Source: Fimbriosthenelais zetlandica
Taxonomy: Eukaryota
Reading direction: 5' to 3'
Assembly (NCBI GenBank): GCA_977030845.1
Contig: OZ365111.1
Coordinates: 42,284,001-42,348,000, forward strand
Length of the DNA: 64,000 nucleotides
The position numbers and the translations under genes are program-made. Below are positions 62,301 through 64,000 of this stretch, piece after piece. The number at the start of each line of letters is the position of its first letter. Positions within the stretch are counted from its first letter, which is position 1. The notes under the pieces are model-generated. The model was not told the origin of the DNA, did no database searches, and saw only the letters and a program-made list of their open reading frames with translations.

Positions 62301-63496
62301 AAAACTCTTTGGTAATTGTATTATGCAAATATTATATCCCACTGAGATTCCCGGAATAGTCTAGGCTAATCATTTTAAATCGTTGCCTACATAGGCCTAT
62401 TTTGTTCAAACATGAAGCTTCATGCCTTCAGAGACAAAGATTAAAACAGAATAGGCTGGTAATAGTTGAAAAAATATAAGATTAAGAATTGAACCCCGGA
62501 TACAAACTGGACCGCGGTTTAATTAATATACTCTAATAAGTTATAATATAACATTTAATACACCTACGAATATTTCCTCATTGTTAAATTTAAATATATG
62601 ACTGGTTTTCTTTGTAAACCTTATCATTTTATATTTTCTCTAAAAGTATTTTCTCTACATTCAATTCAATTCAATTCAATTCTTTATTGAAAGTTGACTA
62701 CATTTGTAAATTGACGAGTAGGCCTATAGTAGGCCTACGTATATAGTCTAGCTTATTCCCTGGCATTGTTCCCCATCCATCTGATAGCGTGAATGAGAGG
62801 AGAGAAACTAGAAGCGTGCGTTACCTAAAATACCGCGCCATTATTCTCTAAAAGTGGGGCAGGAGACATCTGACCACCAACATTACGTGATGCTCTATCC
62901 TCGCCCCAAACCTTTGTCCACCATCCCTCATTATCCCTACTAGACACGTTAGAAAAGGGCGGGAGACTGGGGGGGAGGAGGAGGTGGAGGAGGAGGAGGA
63001 GGGGTGGGGGATGTCCATTTTTGTCTGTTAATACCACCCTCCCCCTCCATTCTTTTTTGTGGACAACGGTCGTCGGGCAGTGATGACGTTATTGGGGAGA
63101 CGCGGGGGTAGTGACGTAATCGTGCCTGCACCGCGCGGTGATTTATGGGAAGATGGCAGTGACCCGGTCACCATGGTGAGCGCGTGGGGTCATCACCGGG
63201 TCGTGGCCCACCACAAAGGAAGGGGCGGCCAGTGGGGGATGAAAGGGGGAGGGGAGGGGGACCCCCCAACCCCAGGGTTCTGACGCAATAAATGGGTCAG
63301 TACTAAACAGATCCCGCCCCGTGAGACGCGGATCTGTGACTCGGGGGTGTCGTCTGTGGGGAGGATTTTGGCGCCAAAAGTGCAAAGGCGTGATTATGGT
63401 CATAAACAGGGACAGGTATGGGGCCTGCATGCTGGAGGCTGGAGGCAGTCACAATGACATCATGCCCATTTAACTATCACCATAAAACTATTGTCA

Positions 63497-63577
63497 GGAG
63501 CCCGTTTCAAAACCAAGAGCATAGATTTAGGCCTATCATTGAATATAGGCTCTAATGTTTCTTTTGAAACGGGCTCC
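63497..63577. mobile_element. 81-bp MITE of the same TIR family
   Basis: Perfect 16-bp TIRs GGAGCCCGTTTCAAAA (63497-63512) / TTTTGAAACGGGCTCC (63562-63577). Confidence 0.7.
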
Positions 63578-64000
63578 ATTTCCAGAAAACTTGGTCAATT
63601 TCTAACCCCAATAATAAACGTGGATTGTCATGCCAATAGATACTGTAGATTGATATGAAGGAGTTCTGTTAGCACACTATGGTCCATTGTCCAAGTATAT
63701 GGTCAAACATACAAACATTGACTATAATCATATTGGATTTATGGCCAGCTGTGAAATAGACAGACAGTGATTTTTCAGGAGTTGGTATCACGTCATTTTC
63801 CTGTCTTTAATCCAAATTTGTTGAACGCCATCTTTTGCGTCAGCAAAAAAGCCCCAGGCTCCCTGTTCAACGGAAACACAACTTTTGACTCAATTTCAAC
63901 TATAGCTTGTCCTGTATAATAGTAGGCTATGAATAATTTTAAAATTGCATGAACAGCTTTTTCCCAACAATCGGTCTGCATTTTGTTCTTGAGAGTCTAA

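Overview
This is an AT-rich, repeat-littered animal (eukaryotic) genomic window, essentially a gene desert around one protein-coding gene. That gene is a minus-strand bZIP transcription factor of the giant/PAR-related group: a single coding exon at 26172-27671 (499 aa), probably with a spliced non-coding first exon near 31.2 kb. The rest consists of tRNA-derived SINE-like heads, small non-autonomous DNA elements, micro/minisatellites, a 139-N assembly gap and about a dozen short GC/CpG-richer islands packed with transcription-factor-like motifs. The taxon is my unverified guess: a marine invertebrate, possibly an echinoderm. I found no CRISPR array, rRNA, intact tRNA, transposase/RT ORF or prokaryotic system, and I cannot claim a new biological system. 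The best leads are: (1) several very dense nuclear-receptor half-site clusters; (2) bZIP-type sites in the gene's own promoter; (3) a motif module duplicated with conserved order but different spacers at 3.6 and 11.6 kb; (4) a composite palindrome + iterated-motif + tRNA-like element; (5) strong over-representation of TAGGCCTA, which is absent around the transcription unit. All motif counts were made by eye, and expected values are rough calculations assuming about 62% AT.
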